Below are positions 12,181-25,270 of a stretch of 64,000 bases of DNA, piece by piece. Below the pieces are notes generated by a model that saw only the letters and a program-made list of their open reading frames with translations, did not search any database and was not told the DNA's origin. Every line of letters begins with the position of its first letter. Positions within the stretch are counted from its first letter, which is position 1. The translations under genes and the position numbers were made by a program. The stretch comes from Nemertoderma westbladi (Eukaryota; Animalia; Xenacoelomorpha), in the NCBI GenBank assembly GCA_032718475.1, contig JAUCBJ010005792.1:12890-76889 (forward strand), in the 5' to 3' direction.

Positions 12181-13249
12181 TCACGCTTTTAAAACGGTTT
12201 AACTTTTCTTTTTTTACGTCTGACATCAGATGCCAAGGCAATATATTGAATGTTTCATTCGTATCATATCAAGCAAGACATATGAGATGGTAATGTTACT
12301 GAATAGGAAACTTTCGGATCCGTAGTTGTGGGGGAGGGGGGGGGGGGGGGGGTATTTTTTAACCCTATTTGGCCAGGGGGTGTCATTTTAGAATTTTTTT
12401 CTAAAGAAAAATTATTGCTACCACCTATTCCACCTATTTGAGTAATTTTTGTGAAAAACAGAGATTCCAAATCCTGGACAGACTATTTAATTAACGCTGC
12501 CCATGCCTTCCCCTTACGTCATCTGACTTCCGGAACCATGATCCCAAGTACTGTAGCAGAAGTCATCCACATGCTCAAGCAAGCAATTTTATTGAAATTT
12601 ATTATTAAGTATGACATGGTAATTTTATCAAGGGCACGAGTTTAGGTACACCAAACACCAGATTACGGCATTAGAAACTGATAAGAATTTAATGAATCAA
12701 ATGTATTTTCAAAACAGGGAGGGCTAGGCAGGCTTACTGTACAGTATGTCGACATTGTACAGTACATTGAAATGCAATCAAATAATAATATCCGAACAGA
12801 GAATAAACAAATAACTAAACCATTTATTGTCTACACATATCGATTCGCATATCAATAAACCTATGAACTTAAGAGAAAGAGCAGTATTTATTCGATGTTG
12901 AATATAATTAACCTTTGTGTCTTGTAAAGCCCCATCTGCAGCAATTAAATTACCACGACATACAGAGTTGTGTAGACGATGAATCTCACATATTTATATT
13001 TATTTATTTAAATTTAAATACAATTTTAATTTTACATCCGCACATCTGTATCAAATTTCATTGAAATCGAAACAAGTTGAGTTTTGGAAAATTGAAGTTT
13101 TCAGTTTTTAATTTGTTTTTTAATTTTAGCCACAGATTACTTGAAAATATAGTAGATAGGTACATTTTGGTGCGTTGAGTCCGAATATTCGCTCGATTTT
13201 CAATTTCTCAGCAATATGACAGCCTATAAATTGCATTTTTGTTGGGAAC

Positions 13250-14445
13250 TTATCGCCCCCCAGTTCTGAGGTTTTAGGAACTTATCGCCCCTGATCCTTT
13301 ATCGCCCCTGGTCCTTTATCGCCCCTGGGTCTTTATCGCCCCTGGTCCTTTATCGCCCCTGGTCCTTTATCGCCCCTGGGTCTTTATCGCCCCTGGGTCT
13401 TTATTGCCCCTGGTCCTTTATCGCCCCTGGTCCTTTATCGCCCCCGAGTCTTTATCGCCCCTGGTCCTTTATCGCCCCCGAGTCTTTATCGCCCCTGGTC
13501 CTTTATCGCCCCTGGTCCTTTATCGCCCCTGGGTCTTTATCGCCCCTGGGTCTTTATCGCCCCTGGTCCTTTATCGCCCCTGGTCCTTTATCGCCCCTGG
13601 GTCTTTATCGCCCCTGGTCCTTTATCGCCCCTGGTCCTTTATCGCCCCTGGGTCTTTATCGCCCCTGGGTCTTTATCGCCCCTGGTCCTTTATCGCCCCT
13701 GGTCCGTTATCGCCCCTGGTCCTTTATCGCCCCCGAGTCTTTATCGCCCCTGGTCCTTTATCGCCCCCGAGTCTTTATCGCCCCTGGTCCTTTATCGCCC
13801 CTGGTCCTTTATCGCCCCTGGGTCTTTATTGCCCCTGGGTCTTTATCGCCCCTGGTCCTTTATCGCCCCTGGTCCTTTATCGCCCCTGGGTCTTTATCGC
13901 CCCTGGTCCTTTATCGCCCCTGGTCCTTTATCGCCCCTGGGTCTTTATCGCCCCTGGGTCTTTATCGCCCCTGGTCCTTTATCACCCCTGGTCCTTTATC
14001 GCCCCTGGGTCTTTATCGCCCCTGGTCCTTTATCGCCCCTGGTCCTTTATCGCCCCTGGGTCTTTATCGCCCCTGGGTCTTTATCGCCCCTGGTCCTTTA
14101 TCGCCCCTGGGTCTTTATCGCCCCTGGGTCTTTATCGCCCCTGGTCCTTTATCGCCCCTGGTCCTTTATCGCCCCTGGTCCTTTATCGCCCCTGGTCCTT
14201 TATCGCCCCTGCTCATCTTTATCGCCCCTGGTCCTTTATCGCCCCCGAGTCTTTATCGCCCCTGGGTCTTTATCGCCCCTGGGTCTTTATCGCCCCTGGT
14301 CCTTTATCGACCCTGGGTCTTTATCGCCCCTGGTCCTTTATCGCCCCTGCTCATCTTTATCGCCCCTGGTCCTTTATCGCCCCTGGTCCTTTATCGCCCC
14401 TGGGTCTTTATCGCCCCTGGTCCTTTATCGCCCCTGCTCATCTTT
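13250..14445. repeat. 17-18-bp tandem array of the element's subterminal motif
   Basis: TTTATCGCCCCTGG(TCC/GTC) repeated about 65-70 times. Confidence 0.97.
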
Positions 14446-14759
14446 CCATCTTTCCCCCAACTTTCTCATACTTCCTAAAGTCACATAATTTACTGTAGTT
14501 ATAGTTTACATTTATATTTATACTCAAGTAGTTTCAGATAGAGTAGACCTACAATTAATTAGAAATTATATTATTCATATTTTCATATTAAATTCATAGA
14601 CTAAGCAGCAGCTTGATTTAATGTTAACAATCTGGGCTTTCATTTTGGAGGCTCCAGGTTCGATCCCTAGACGACGCATTTTTTTTTACTGTTTTGGCAC
14701 GGGACTTTAAATGCAATTTTTCTGGTCGATAAATCAGAACCATGGTAACTTGGCAAATA

Positions 14760-16020
14760 GAGTAGAAAGGTTTATTATGGAAGATCACCCATTCTGGAGA
14801 ACAAGCATTCCTTTAGCGCTTTAGGAAACAGAGTGGAAGGGTTTACTATGGAAGATCACCCATGGTGGTGAACTGGCATTCCTTTAGAAAACAGAGTGGA
14901 AGGGTTTACTGTGGAAATCATCCATGGTGGTGAACAGACATTCCTTTAGGAAACAGAGTAGAAGGGTTTACTGTGGAAGATCACCCATGGTGGTGAACAG
15001 GCATTCCTTTAGCAAACAGAGTGGAAGGGTTTACTGTGGAAGATCATCCATGGTGGCGAACAGACATTCCTTTAGGAAACAGAGTGGAAGGGTTTACTGT
15101 GGAAGATCACCCATGGTGGTGAACAGGCATTCCTTTAGCGCTTTAGGAAACAGAGTGGAAGGGTTTACTGTGGAAGATCATCCATGGTGGTGAACAGGCA
15201 TTCCTTTGGAAACAGAGAGGAAGGGTTTACTGTAGAAGATCACCCATGGTGGTGAACAGGCATTCCTTTAGGAAACAGAGTGGAAGGGTTTACTGTGGAA
15301 GATAATCCATGGTGGTGAACAGGCATTCCTTTAGCAAACAGAGTGGAAGGGTTTACTGTGGAAGATCACCCATGGTGGTGAACAGGCATTCCTTTAGGAA
15401 ACAGAGTGGAAGGGTTTACTGTGGAAGATCACCCATGGGGGTGAACAGGCATTCCTTTAGCAAACAGAGTGGAAGGGTTTACTGTAGAAGATCACCCATG
15501 GTGGTGAACAGGCATTCCTTTAGGAAACAGAGTGGAAGGGTTTACTGTGGAAGATCACCCATGGTGGTGAACAGGCATTCCTTTAGCAAACAGAGTGGAA
15601 GGGTTTACTGTGGAAGATCATCCATGGTGGTGAACAGGCATTCCTTTAGGAAACAGAGTGGAAGGGTTTACTGTGGAAGAAAGATCACCCATGGTGGTGA
15701 ACAGGCATTCCTTTAGGAAACAGAGTGGAAGGGTTTACTGTAGAAGATCACCCATGGTGGTGAACAGGCATTCCTTTAGGAAACAGAGTGGAAGGGTTTA
15801 CTGTGGAAGAAAGATCACCCATGGTGGTGAACAGGCTTTCCTTTAGGAAACAGAGTGGAAGGGTTTACTGTGGAAGATCACCCATGGTGGTGAACAGGCA
15901 TTCCTTTAGAGTTGACGGGTGTAATGTGGAAGATCACCCATGGTGGTGAACAGGCATTCCTTTAGCGTGGACGGGTTTAATGTGGAAGATCACCCTTGAT
16001 GGCGTACAGGCATTCACTAG
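14760..16020 (+). repeat. 63-bp satellite preceded by a tRNA-like head (14604-14680)
   Basis: Unit GGAAACAGAGTGGAAGGGTTTACTGTGGAAGATCACCCATGGTGGTGAACAGGCATTCCTTTA; inverted copy at ~16830-17525, third array at ~59310-60490. Confidence 0.95.
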
Positions 16021-16351
16021 CTTACTGAGCCTAAATGTTACTATTTTAATCAACTGGATTTATTTTAACGTATTTTTTGCACTAGACCTTTGCACTTATT
16101 ATTGCAAATTTACCTATGGCAGTATACATATACATGCAGTTTAATTTTTAATGATTTTAAAATACTCTATTTTTCGCTGTAAAACTGTGTACATACAGTA
16201 TGTGGTGTTAAAATATTAAATAATAATTTATACAAATCTTATTTCAAATAACATATTGTTTTTAACTATAACATTTGTACTTAGGCAATTTAACTACAAA
16301 ACTCTTATGACACTAATAAACAATACAAATACCAATGCCAATGCCAACGTT

Positions 16352-18056
16352 GATTGTAGGGCCTTATCGCCCCTGGGAACTTATCGGCCCCTGGGAACTT
16401 ATCGCCCCTCAAATGGTCCTTTATCGCCCCTTGGGAACATATCGCCCCCGGGTCTTTATCGCCTCTGGGTCTTTATCGCCCCTGGTAACTTATCCCCACT
16501 GTGACAAATATGAATTTTGAATGGGAGTTGCGTTGGTATTGGTATTGTTTATTAGTGTCATAAGAGTCTGTATCCATATACTGTAGTTAAATTACGAGTC
16601 ACATGACATACATTGAATTGCCTAAGTAGGCCTAAAATAATGTTATAAATAAAAACAATATGTTATAAAATATGTTATAAATAGAGTATTTTAAAATCAT
16701 TAATAACTAAACTGCATGTATACTGGCATATGTAAAATTGGAATAATAACAGCAAAGGTCTAGTGCAAAAAATACGTTAAAATAAATCGAGTTGATTAAA
16801 ATAGTAACATTTAGGCTCAGTGTGCTAGGGAGTGCCTGTACGCCGTCAAGGGTGATCTTCCACATTAAACCATTCCACTCTGTTTCATAAAGGAATACCT
16901 GTTCACCACCATGATGTGTGATCTTCCACAGTAAACCCTTCCACTCTGTTTCCTAAATGAATACCTGTTCACCACCATGATGTGTGATCTTCCACAGTAA
17001 ACCCTTCCACTCTGTTTCCCAAAGGAATGCTTGTTCGCCACCATGGGTGATCTTCCTCAGTAAACCTTTCTAGTCTGTTTCCCAAAGGAATGCCTGTTCA
17101 CCACCATGGGTGATCTTCCACAGTAAACCCTTCCACTCAGTTTCCCAAAGGACTACCTGTTCACCACCATGTGTGATCTTCCACAGTAAACCCTTCCACT
17201 CAGTTTCCCAAAGGAATGCCTGTTCACCACCATGGGTGATCTTCCACAGTAAACCCTTCCACTCAGTTTCCCAAAGGAATGCCTGTTCACCACCATTGGT
17301 GATCTTCCACAGTAAGCCCTTCCACTCAGTTTCCCAAAAGAATGCCTGTTCACCACCATGGGTGATCTTCCACAGTAAACCCTTCCACTCAGTTTCCCAA
17401 AGGAATGCCTGTTCACCACCATGGATGATCTTCCACAGTAAACCCTTCTACTCTGTTTCCTAAAGCGCTAAAGGAATGCCTGTTCTCCACAATGGGTGAT
17501 CTTCCATAATAAACCCGTTACTCTGTTTTCCAAGTTACCATGGTTCTCATTTATCGACCAGAAAGGGATGAAAACCCGGGTAAAGCTAGTCTGCAGCATT
17601 TAAAGTCCCGTGCCAAAACAGTAAAAAAAAATGCATCGTCCAGGAGCCTGGAGCCGAACTTGGAGAAGAACCTGGAGCCTCCAGAATGAAAGCCCAGATT
17701 GTTAACACTAAATCAAGCTGCTTCTTAGTCTATGAATTGAACATGAAAATATGAATAATATAATTTCTAATTGTGGGCCCCCTCTTACTGAAACTATTTG
17801 AGTTTAGGCTAAATATAAATGTAAACAATAACTAGAGTAAAATATGTGACTTAGAGGAAGTATGAGAAAGTTGCGGGAAAGTATGCTGCATTTAATGACA
17901 GGGGCGATAAAGGACCTGGGGCGATAAAGACTCGTGGGCGATAAAGACCCAGGGGCGATAAGTTCCTAAAAACTCAGAACTGGGGGGCGATAAGTTCCCA
18001 ACAAAAATGCAATTTATAGGGGCGATAAAGTTCCAGGGGCGATAAGGTCCTGCTTC
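16352..18056. mobile_element. MULE/Foldback-like element, inner copy inserted in opposite orientation
   Basis: Termini GATTGTAGGGCCTTATCGCCCCTGG and CCAGGGGCGATAAGGTCCTGCTTC; flanked by a 9-bp direct duplication GCCAACGTT (16343-16351, 18057-18065), the TSD length typical of Mutator/FB. Confidence 0.85.
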
Positions 18057-18696
18057 GCCAACGTTTCTCCCATTTAAAATTCATATTTGTCACAGTGCCG
18101 AAAGTTACCAGGCGCGATAAAGACCCGGGGGCGATAAAGACCCGGGGGGGGGGGGGGGGCGATATGTTCCCAGATAAAGGACCAATTCAGGGGCGATAAG
18201 TTCCCAGGGGGTGATAAGGCCCTACAATCTTTTAGGATAAGAAAAATAACTCTGGTAACGATTTCAAAGAGTTGGCCCAAACCACCCAATTACACTCAAA
18301 GCTGGTAAAATTTCACTGATTTAGCCAAATTTGCAACATTTTAGCCCAAAATTAAATTACATATATATCGAAAATAAAACAACGTCCTATGAAAATTATA
18401 TTTCCGGTATCTTTGCACATTTATAAGACATGTTCGTCTTACAAAGTTGACATATTCCGAAATTTCCAAGAGTTTGTCAATTTTGATGTCAAATTTGGAT
18501 TACGTAGCAATAATTGAAAAATTCTGGCTCATGAAGAAACTTAGAGGCAGCTCGAAAGTTGAACCAGATATAAATAATATTGAGTACAGCAATTGTAAAT
18601 AAATTCATTTAGCTCAATAACAATTAAACGTTAATTATTAAATCTGGTCGTATTTCAGCAGAGCTACGTTAGGTTTTGGTATTAAGGATTGATAGT

Positions 18697-18770
18697 GCGC
18701 CAGTGGCTCAGTTGGCAGAGCGTGGGATTTGGAATCTCTAGGTACCGAGTTCAATCCCCCAATTCCGGTG
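18697..18770 (+). pseudogene. tRNA-derived SINE head / tRNA pseudogene
   Basis: A-box TGGCTCAGTTGG and B-box-like GAGTTCAATCC at tRNA spacing; stems imperfect. Confidence 0.5.
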
Positions 18771-19495
18771 AATGTTTTTTGTTGTAAGATTGGTAGGAAG
18801 CCATTCAAGGAGGCAGTTCTTGCGTTAGTAGACGCGGACCTTTGCGCGATTTCACGCTTGTTCATTTTAAATTTCCCCCCATTTTATGCCAAATATCAAT
18901 GCGTTTACTTCCTTGTTATATTTGGCTGATTATTTATACTGTATTGCAGTAATTATGGCCTTCTGGTGAACTCAGTAATTCTTTTACCAGATCCAAATGG
19001 TGCGAATATTTGAACAGCGCGATTAGAAAGTAGAGAACCCGGAAATTGGAATTATATTCCCTTAAGTTTTAGTACACAGGACCGGTAATGTAAGTTATTA
19101 ATTAATAGGTACTATAGTTGGGGACAATCAATATTTTATAATTATTGGTGTTATTCGCCAAGATGGGATTTGCGTCCATCTCCATAATAACCCCACCCCC
19201 CCCCCCCCTCCCTCTGTCTCCTATATACAGTAGGCCTATATATGTATATATCAGTCTGTACAAGTATTGCTCTTTTGGAGTCAACGTCATGTACTTTTTA
19301 AATATTATATCATTCATATAACTTTTTACTTCAATGAAATAATAAACTCCAACAAGATGATGTCTCCACATTTCCTTTTTGGTGCGATAGCTAACAAAAC
19401 AAAATTATATGAATAACAGAATTGCGACTTGTGATGATATATTATTGTTTATTTATAAGTACGTAATATAACTATTTAAAGAATTCCGGGCAATA

Positions 19496-19947
19496 ATGGC
19501 AACTTCACCGGTTATTCACGGTCACCACTCGGATGATGATGACAACACCCAGTTGCCGGTAGCGGAACTGATAGTTCATTGGGAAAACTGGAATTTATTA
19601 CAGATCCGCGAAGCTAACAAATTCGTATCCGTGGCTCGGAGGTTCTGTAGTCTACGGGGCCAATTAGGTGTTAGACCGAAACGGAGGAAAGATACCCGCA
19701 AGATCCAGAGTTCCTCTTTCGTTACCTTGATGAGGGGTGCTTACGGGAAAGCGATCGAACTGGACACAGATGTGGAGGACACTGACATTGATGACATACA
19801 TGACTCTGTTTTTGAGGATAACATTTTCAGTAAACCACGGTCAATATCTTCTCCTTCTGTGACGTCATCTTGTGTCAACAGCTGCTGCCATATTGATGCC
19901 AGATATTTGGAAATACAAAGCGGTATTCCAGAGAAACATTCAAAAGA
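19496..19947 (+). CDS. Putative first coding exon of the RIN/Sprint-like gene
   Basis: ATG-initiated GC-richer ORF ending at GA|GTAAGT; phase 2 matches the acceptor at 42476. Linkage across 22.5 kb is inferred from phase only. Confidence 0.6.
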
Positions 19948-20306
19948 GTAAGTTTTACTTTTAAAGTATTAATTAACTATAATTAACTAACCGTTAAATG
20001 ACCTTATATTAAATATTACTGAATAATTTGTGACTTATTGAGCCAGCTTAAGTTAATGGCTCCTATAAGCAGCCTACTTGAGTTAATCTAGAATAAATGA
20101 GAGGTGTCAATCATGAAGAAAGGATTATAAACAATAATACGAAATACCTGAAGGTTTTCATTTCAGATATTTCTGAATTTCAAATGTTTTTATTTCATCC
20201 GACTAGCGGTAGACTGGATAACTGCCAAGGGATTACCGTCCCCACCAAGACGCCGCCTATGGATTGTCTAGCACGTATATCTGCCGCGGTTCAGCTTATA
20301 CCGATA

Positions 20307-20717
20307 CAGTCATTGGTCCATATAAGAGACAGGTTTTGAACTTCGTTGGGTTCTGTGTAAAAATGTAAACACTGGACTTCCTCAGAAATTATGTAATAAG
20401 GGGTTTCCCGGGGCGTAGAATCCATTTTTCCGGGTCTCGAAAGTTGATTTCGCCTAGCAGTTGCTGATTTTTGAAGAAATGTTGCATGTCTCAAATTTGG
20501 CATCGATTCCCTAATGTGAGACAAGAAATTCAATTGTAATTTTTTTTAATAACTAACATGAAATAACCTCATAAATATTACGGAGAATCTTGTTAGGTTC
20601 TTACAGCCTTTATTTGAGACAAAAGATCTGTAATTATTTGGCTATAGGAGCCCCTTGAAGTTGATATTGAATTTGTCTCACGTTTGGGTCCATGTCTCAA
20701 ATTAGGCAGAATGACTG
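20307..20717. mobile_element. Tc1/mariner-type MITE
   Basis: TA|CAGTCATT...GAGACA imperfect TIRs ...AATGACTG|TA; the ~90-bp right end recurs at ~21237-21327. Confidence 0.6.
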
Positions 20718-22759
20718 TACTATATAATGATTTAAGCTTGATGTAACTGATACATTCAGTAGGCCTACCGGTACTGTAGTGTGACTTTCGGAAAGAAGTC
20801 AGATGCAATTATAATGTATGTGTATAGGGGGCCTATGGTTTCTATACTTCAGATACTTAGATACAAAGGCCTAGCCTACATTTGTCTCTTGTTATGGTTA
20901 TAATTTCCTTGTCTCAAATTAGGGGAAATTCATGGAAACCGATACCATATTAAAGACAGTAGTCAAATGTAAAACTATGAAATCTTTACCACATAAAAAT
21001 AGTTTTATATAAAAATATAGCCTTTTTACTATAAAATGTCATAATTTCGAGAATCAGGTCAAAGTGGAATGCAAAAATCTCATATCGATTTTAAAACCTT
21101 AAAATTTATGAAAAAAAGCTTCGATTTTTGACGGGCCGCTAGAATATTATAAGTATATCCAATCCGGTTGAATTATACCTAACGATGTACAGGAATGGTT
21201 ACAGATCATTATTCGAATTAGTTTTAAGTAGGTTTCTGTAATTATTTGGCTATAGGAGCCCCTTGAAGTTGATATTGAATTTGTCTCACGTTTGGGTCCA
21301 TGTCTCAAATTAGGCAGAATGACTGTAATAAATAACGAAATGATAGAAGGTTTTCAATTTCACACATTTCTCCCTCTTATCTTGCCGCAAACTTTAGAAT
21401 TGTGAGAAAGGCGTTATTCGTCTAAAAATCTAAATTGTTCGCTCTTTCAGATGGTATATTTTGTAATGTATTTCGATTTTTTAAAAGTGACTAAAATTTA
21501 AAATAAACAGGTGCGGTTTCTGTGAAATATCAGTTTTCATGGTGTCAAACAAAAAAAAACGACATTTTTTTGCAGATACGATAAAATTTCATTTTTCAAA
21601 AGCGGCAGATCGTCAAAATTTTTATGTAGATTGGGGTTTTTTGGGACACTGATTCGAATGGAACATGTTTTAGGGTTACCCAGATGTGAGAAATTACACT
21701 TTTTGGCACCCAATATGGTGCGCGAAAAGTGTTGATAGCCATAAAATTTCATTTTTCAAAACTATAACACAAAAATTATGCTCATATTTGGAATCCTCTT
21801 CAAATTTCGATCTTGAAATGTACAAACATTCATTAGTACCAATTGGATCCATATTGTTTGAATTCGTAGATAACTTTTGCAAAACTTTAAATATATTTTT
21901 CTCAGAAACATGGTTTCTGCGAATAATGCCTTTCTATATGCACCGCCACATATATTGCCAAGTTTCAGCTTGAACAGATTAAAAGCAAAGAAATGGGAGG
22001 ACATTTGATATTTATACATGTATATATACATTTATACATGTAGCCCTCAAGTGGTAGACTATTGAACTGATGGTATCTGAAGTCTCTATAAATACTAAAC
22101 TTTTGTTCCAACAAATCAACAAATAACATAAATTATCAACACCAAAGCTTTACATCCGATAAAGTAAAGTTATTAGCATGTCAAAACCACGGCTCCGCCA
22201 ACTTCGTGGCTCGACCCACAAACTGAAAGAATCATGTGCCGCTCAGAGTTCGTCAAAGTTCTGTAGGGAGTTGTGGAAGATCGCTGAATTTCTACGGAGT
22301 GAGAAATAATATGAAATGTAGCACTTTTCAGAATGTTAGCCAACAGTCAAGAATTGCCCATACAGTCATACAGTACGTATAGCATTACACCGGAAAATAA
22401 TTAAACAATCTTGGAACGCATGTGTTTGAGCATCAAATCTAAAATTATAAATAATTTAGACAATGTGTTAGCCTCCATATAATTTAATACGTACGTAACC
22501 CTGTTGAAAATTCATAGTACATTTCCTAGGATTTGCAAGTTCCTTGCTATCAGTTTATTACACTTGTCAAACTATGTTTAGTAATAAAAATTTGGTAAAC
22601 TTGGTAGGGCATGTAAGTTATTTCTTTAGTTTTAATAAATATTGCAAGTGTTACTTGCTCTCTTATATTTTGTAGGTACTTGCCATGTTCCTGCAAAGTA
22701 TTGCATATGTGCAGATGTAGGATTACTGCAGTACTGTTAGTTGTTGGGCGAGCTTGTAC

Positions 22760-23662
22760 TTGTACCAATTCAATTTGTTTCAATTGTGCTATATTAAGCT
22801 CAATATTATATTCGTGTGATACATGGTTAGGGGGTAGCACTGTCGAACTAAAATCCATGTACATAAAACTAGTTAAACTTTTATTAAACGTACGAGTAAC
22901 TACGCCGAACAAACTATGCCTTGTAGAATTAGGAATACCAGAAATAAGTGCAAAAATGAAAATTATTACGAAAAGTTAAATGGTTAGACTAATGAAAACG
23001 TGGGATATTAATGACCCGGTATATATTATATACAATTATGTGTAAGAAAGTTCAATCCCCTGGTTATTTTATTTATATTTAGAAAATCTTATTAATACGA
23101 ATGGAAATGATTTCGTGCAAAATAATCTATTTTGTTTGAAGGACTCTATTAGAAAGATGGCTCTAGCACATACGAAGTATAAAACTTATCTAGACATAAA
23201 CCCTAATTTATCCGTGCATACAATTTATAAGGAATCAAATAATTTTATTCCAGATAGTAAACGTGTAAATTTTAGCAGATTTCGGTTAAGTTCGCACCGC
23301 CTACGGATAGAAATGGGCCGATGGGCCCGCATACCCAGTAGTGATCGTGTTTGTTTATGTGATGGCAATTCAGTACAAAATGAACATCATGCAATTTTAA
23401 TGTGCCCAAAAACCGCCTTTATAAGAAACAAGTATCGTATTGTAGGCCGCATTTGTATGTCCGATTTTATGGTTCAGTTTTCAAATAATATAATAGTAAG
23501 TGCAATTACAGAATGTTTAGAAGTATTAGATAACTAGAATTCATGTAAATTTGTATTAAGTTGGACTGTATCTTTGTCGCAATGGTATATTTACAAGTTA
23601 TTATTGTAAATTTATTTAATTGATTTAATTTGGAAGATATTGTCAATAAACATATATATATA
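22760..23662 (+). mobile_element. 5'-truncated non-LTR retrotransposon 3' fragment (RTE-X-like)
   Basis: ILYSCDTW...LVELG, then FRLSSHRLRIEMGRW...RVCLC...NEHHAILMCP C-terminal zinc motif; broken frame; ends AATAAA then (TA)n. Confidence 0.75.
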
Positions 23663-24859
23663 TACCTGCCTGAGGCTAAGCATAACCATGTCACTGTATT
23701 CTGTATTACATACAGGTAAGCAGTTTCAGTTGGGCCTGCCAGTTGTCAGGTCAGAAAGCAGCTATCCCAGGTAGCCCATGACGTCCACGAAAGAATTTGA
23801 ACGTTCATATTTGGTAATTTTTTCCTGCGAATCTGAACATCTATGAAATATCGATTAATATAGTGATACCGGTATTTTTATGGTGTAGAAAGTGGGTCCC
23901 TATTCGTAAAAAATAGATCCACCACAAGTTTTTCTTATTCTAGAATGTTTTTGGTGGTTTTGAGTACCCAGTGACATAATGGAGAGCAAGGTCTTAATGG
24001 AGAAAGAAAACTAGGGGTGTGCCAGATATCCGGCCGGGCCTGAATCCCGGCCTAATTTTGAGAAAAATAAATAATCAACTTTTTTTTAATTTTTTGGCCG
24101 CATTTCAATTTCAACGAATTGTTGACAAAATTTACAATTAATGTAAATTTTCAAAAAAACTTCAAAATAAATTTTCTTTTAAATTCAAACAAATATAACT
24201 ATAAACAAATACAATGGAATACAATGCAATTCATAGTTTGTATCATATTCATTCATAAGCCTATTATCTCCTTCCACGTATAATAGAAATATCATAGGTA
24301 ATAAACAGTGACCATATTATTATTATTAATATTATTAATATTATTATTAATATTATTATAATTTCGGAACGGTTGTGTGGCCCGTCCAGCATATAATTAT
24401 TATGTTATATCATATTTATATAATAGAAAACCTAATACAATACTGGTATATAACACAAAAATAGGAAACATGTAAAGTAAACTAAATAAAGTAAAGTACA
24501 CTAAAGTCTCTTGTTTTTGGATGGTGTACTATTGAGACAGACAAGTGAACTTATAGACTGTCCCGCAGTAGTACAAATTGGAGATGGTTGTGGAAAAAAC
24601 ACATCAAGACCCATTCTGATATAAAGCCTGAAAAATTGGACGGTGAAACACTCAGCACGCGAGAAAAAAGCTACGCCCCACAACAGTACAGTTTCACACA
24701 GGAATCCCCCCCCCCCCCCCCCCCCACCAATCGGCACGCGTACACACATACACCAACATACCCCCCCCCCCCCCCCCACACATAATAATAAAATATTATA
24801 TTAAAATAAAAAGAAATGCATTATAAATTGAATTAATGGACCCATTCTTATTTATTTAG

Positions 24860-25270
24860 CCACTAGCAGATTGGAGTGAAATTATATGATTCTTTAGATT
24901 CCTATTGTACAAATGTTTAGAACCATGAAAATGTTTGACATTGTCAGGTACAGTAGTTCATTCCAGAGGGACATGCACTGATAAAGAGAAGATGATTTTG
25001 CAATGTTAGTTCTATATAATGGCAAATGATAATCATTTTTTGATCTAGTGTTTCGACTGTGAATTTGTTTGTTCAAAATTAGTTTACAAGTAAGCGAGAA
25101 TAACCCATTCTATATTTATATAAAAATTGAATGCATTTAAAAAGGAATAGGAATTTGAATTTTAAAATGTTCAGCTTGAAAAATAGATCGGCAGTATGAT
25201 ATTTGTATGGTTTTAAAAGTATAATACGTACAATGTTTTTCTGCAGTTTTATAAGTGGATAATCAATTCA
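24860..25270 (-). mobile_element. Degenerate L2/Crack-like LINE 3' fragment
   Basis: KLQKNIVRII...HTADLFFKLNILK...HSRNTRSKNDYHLP...LWNEL, typical of the CR1/L2-group ORF2 C-terminus. Confidence 0.65.

Larger units (their letters stand above)
13223..18229. mobile_element. MULE/Foldback-like non-autonomous element (outer copy; left terminus truncated)
   Basis: Subterminal TTATCGCCCC arrays in opposite orientation at both ends; right end is the reverse complement of GATTGTAGGGCCTTATC; colinear with the reverse complement of the inner copy. Confidence 0.75.

Noticed and set aside
13404-14498. 364-aa and 219-aa proline-rich ORFs
   Set aside because: Translation of the transposon's 17-18-bp subterminal array.
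14924-15846. MVVNRHSFRKQSGRVYCGRSP repeat ORFs (also 17110-17463 and 59354-60416)
   Set aside because: 63-bp satellite with frequent frame-breaking indels.
18697-18770. Functional tRNA-Pro gene
   Set aside because: Acceptor, anticodon and T stems do not pair properly; treated as a SINE head or pseudogene.
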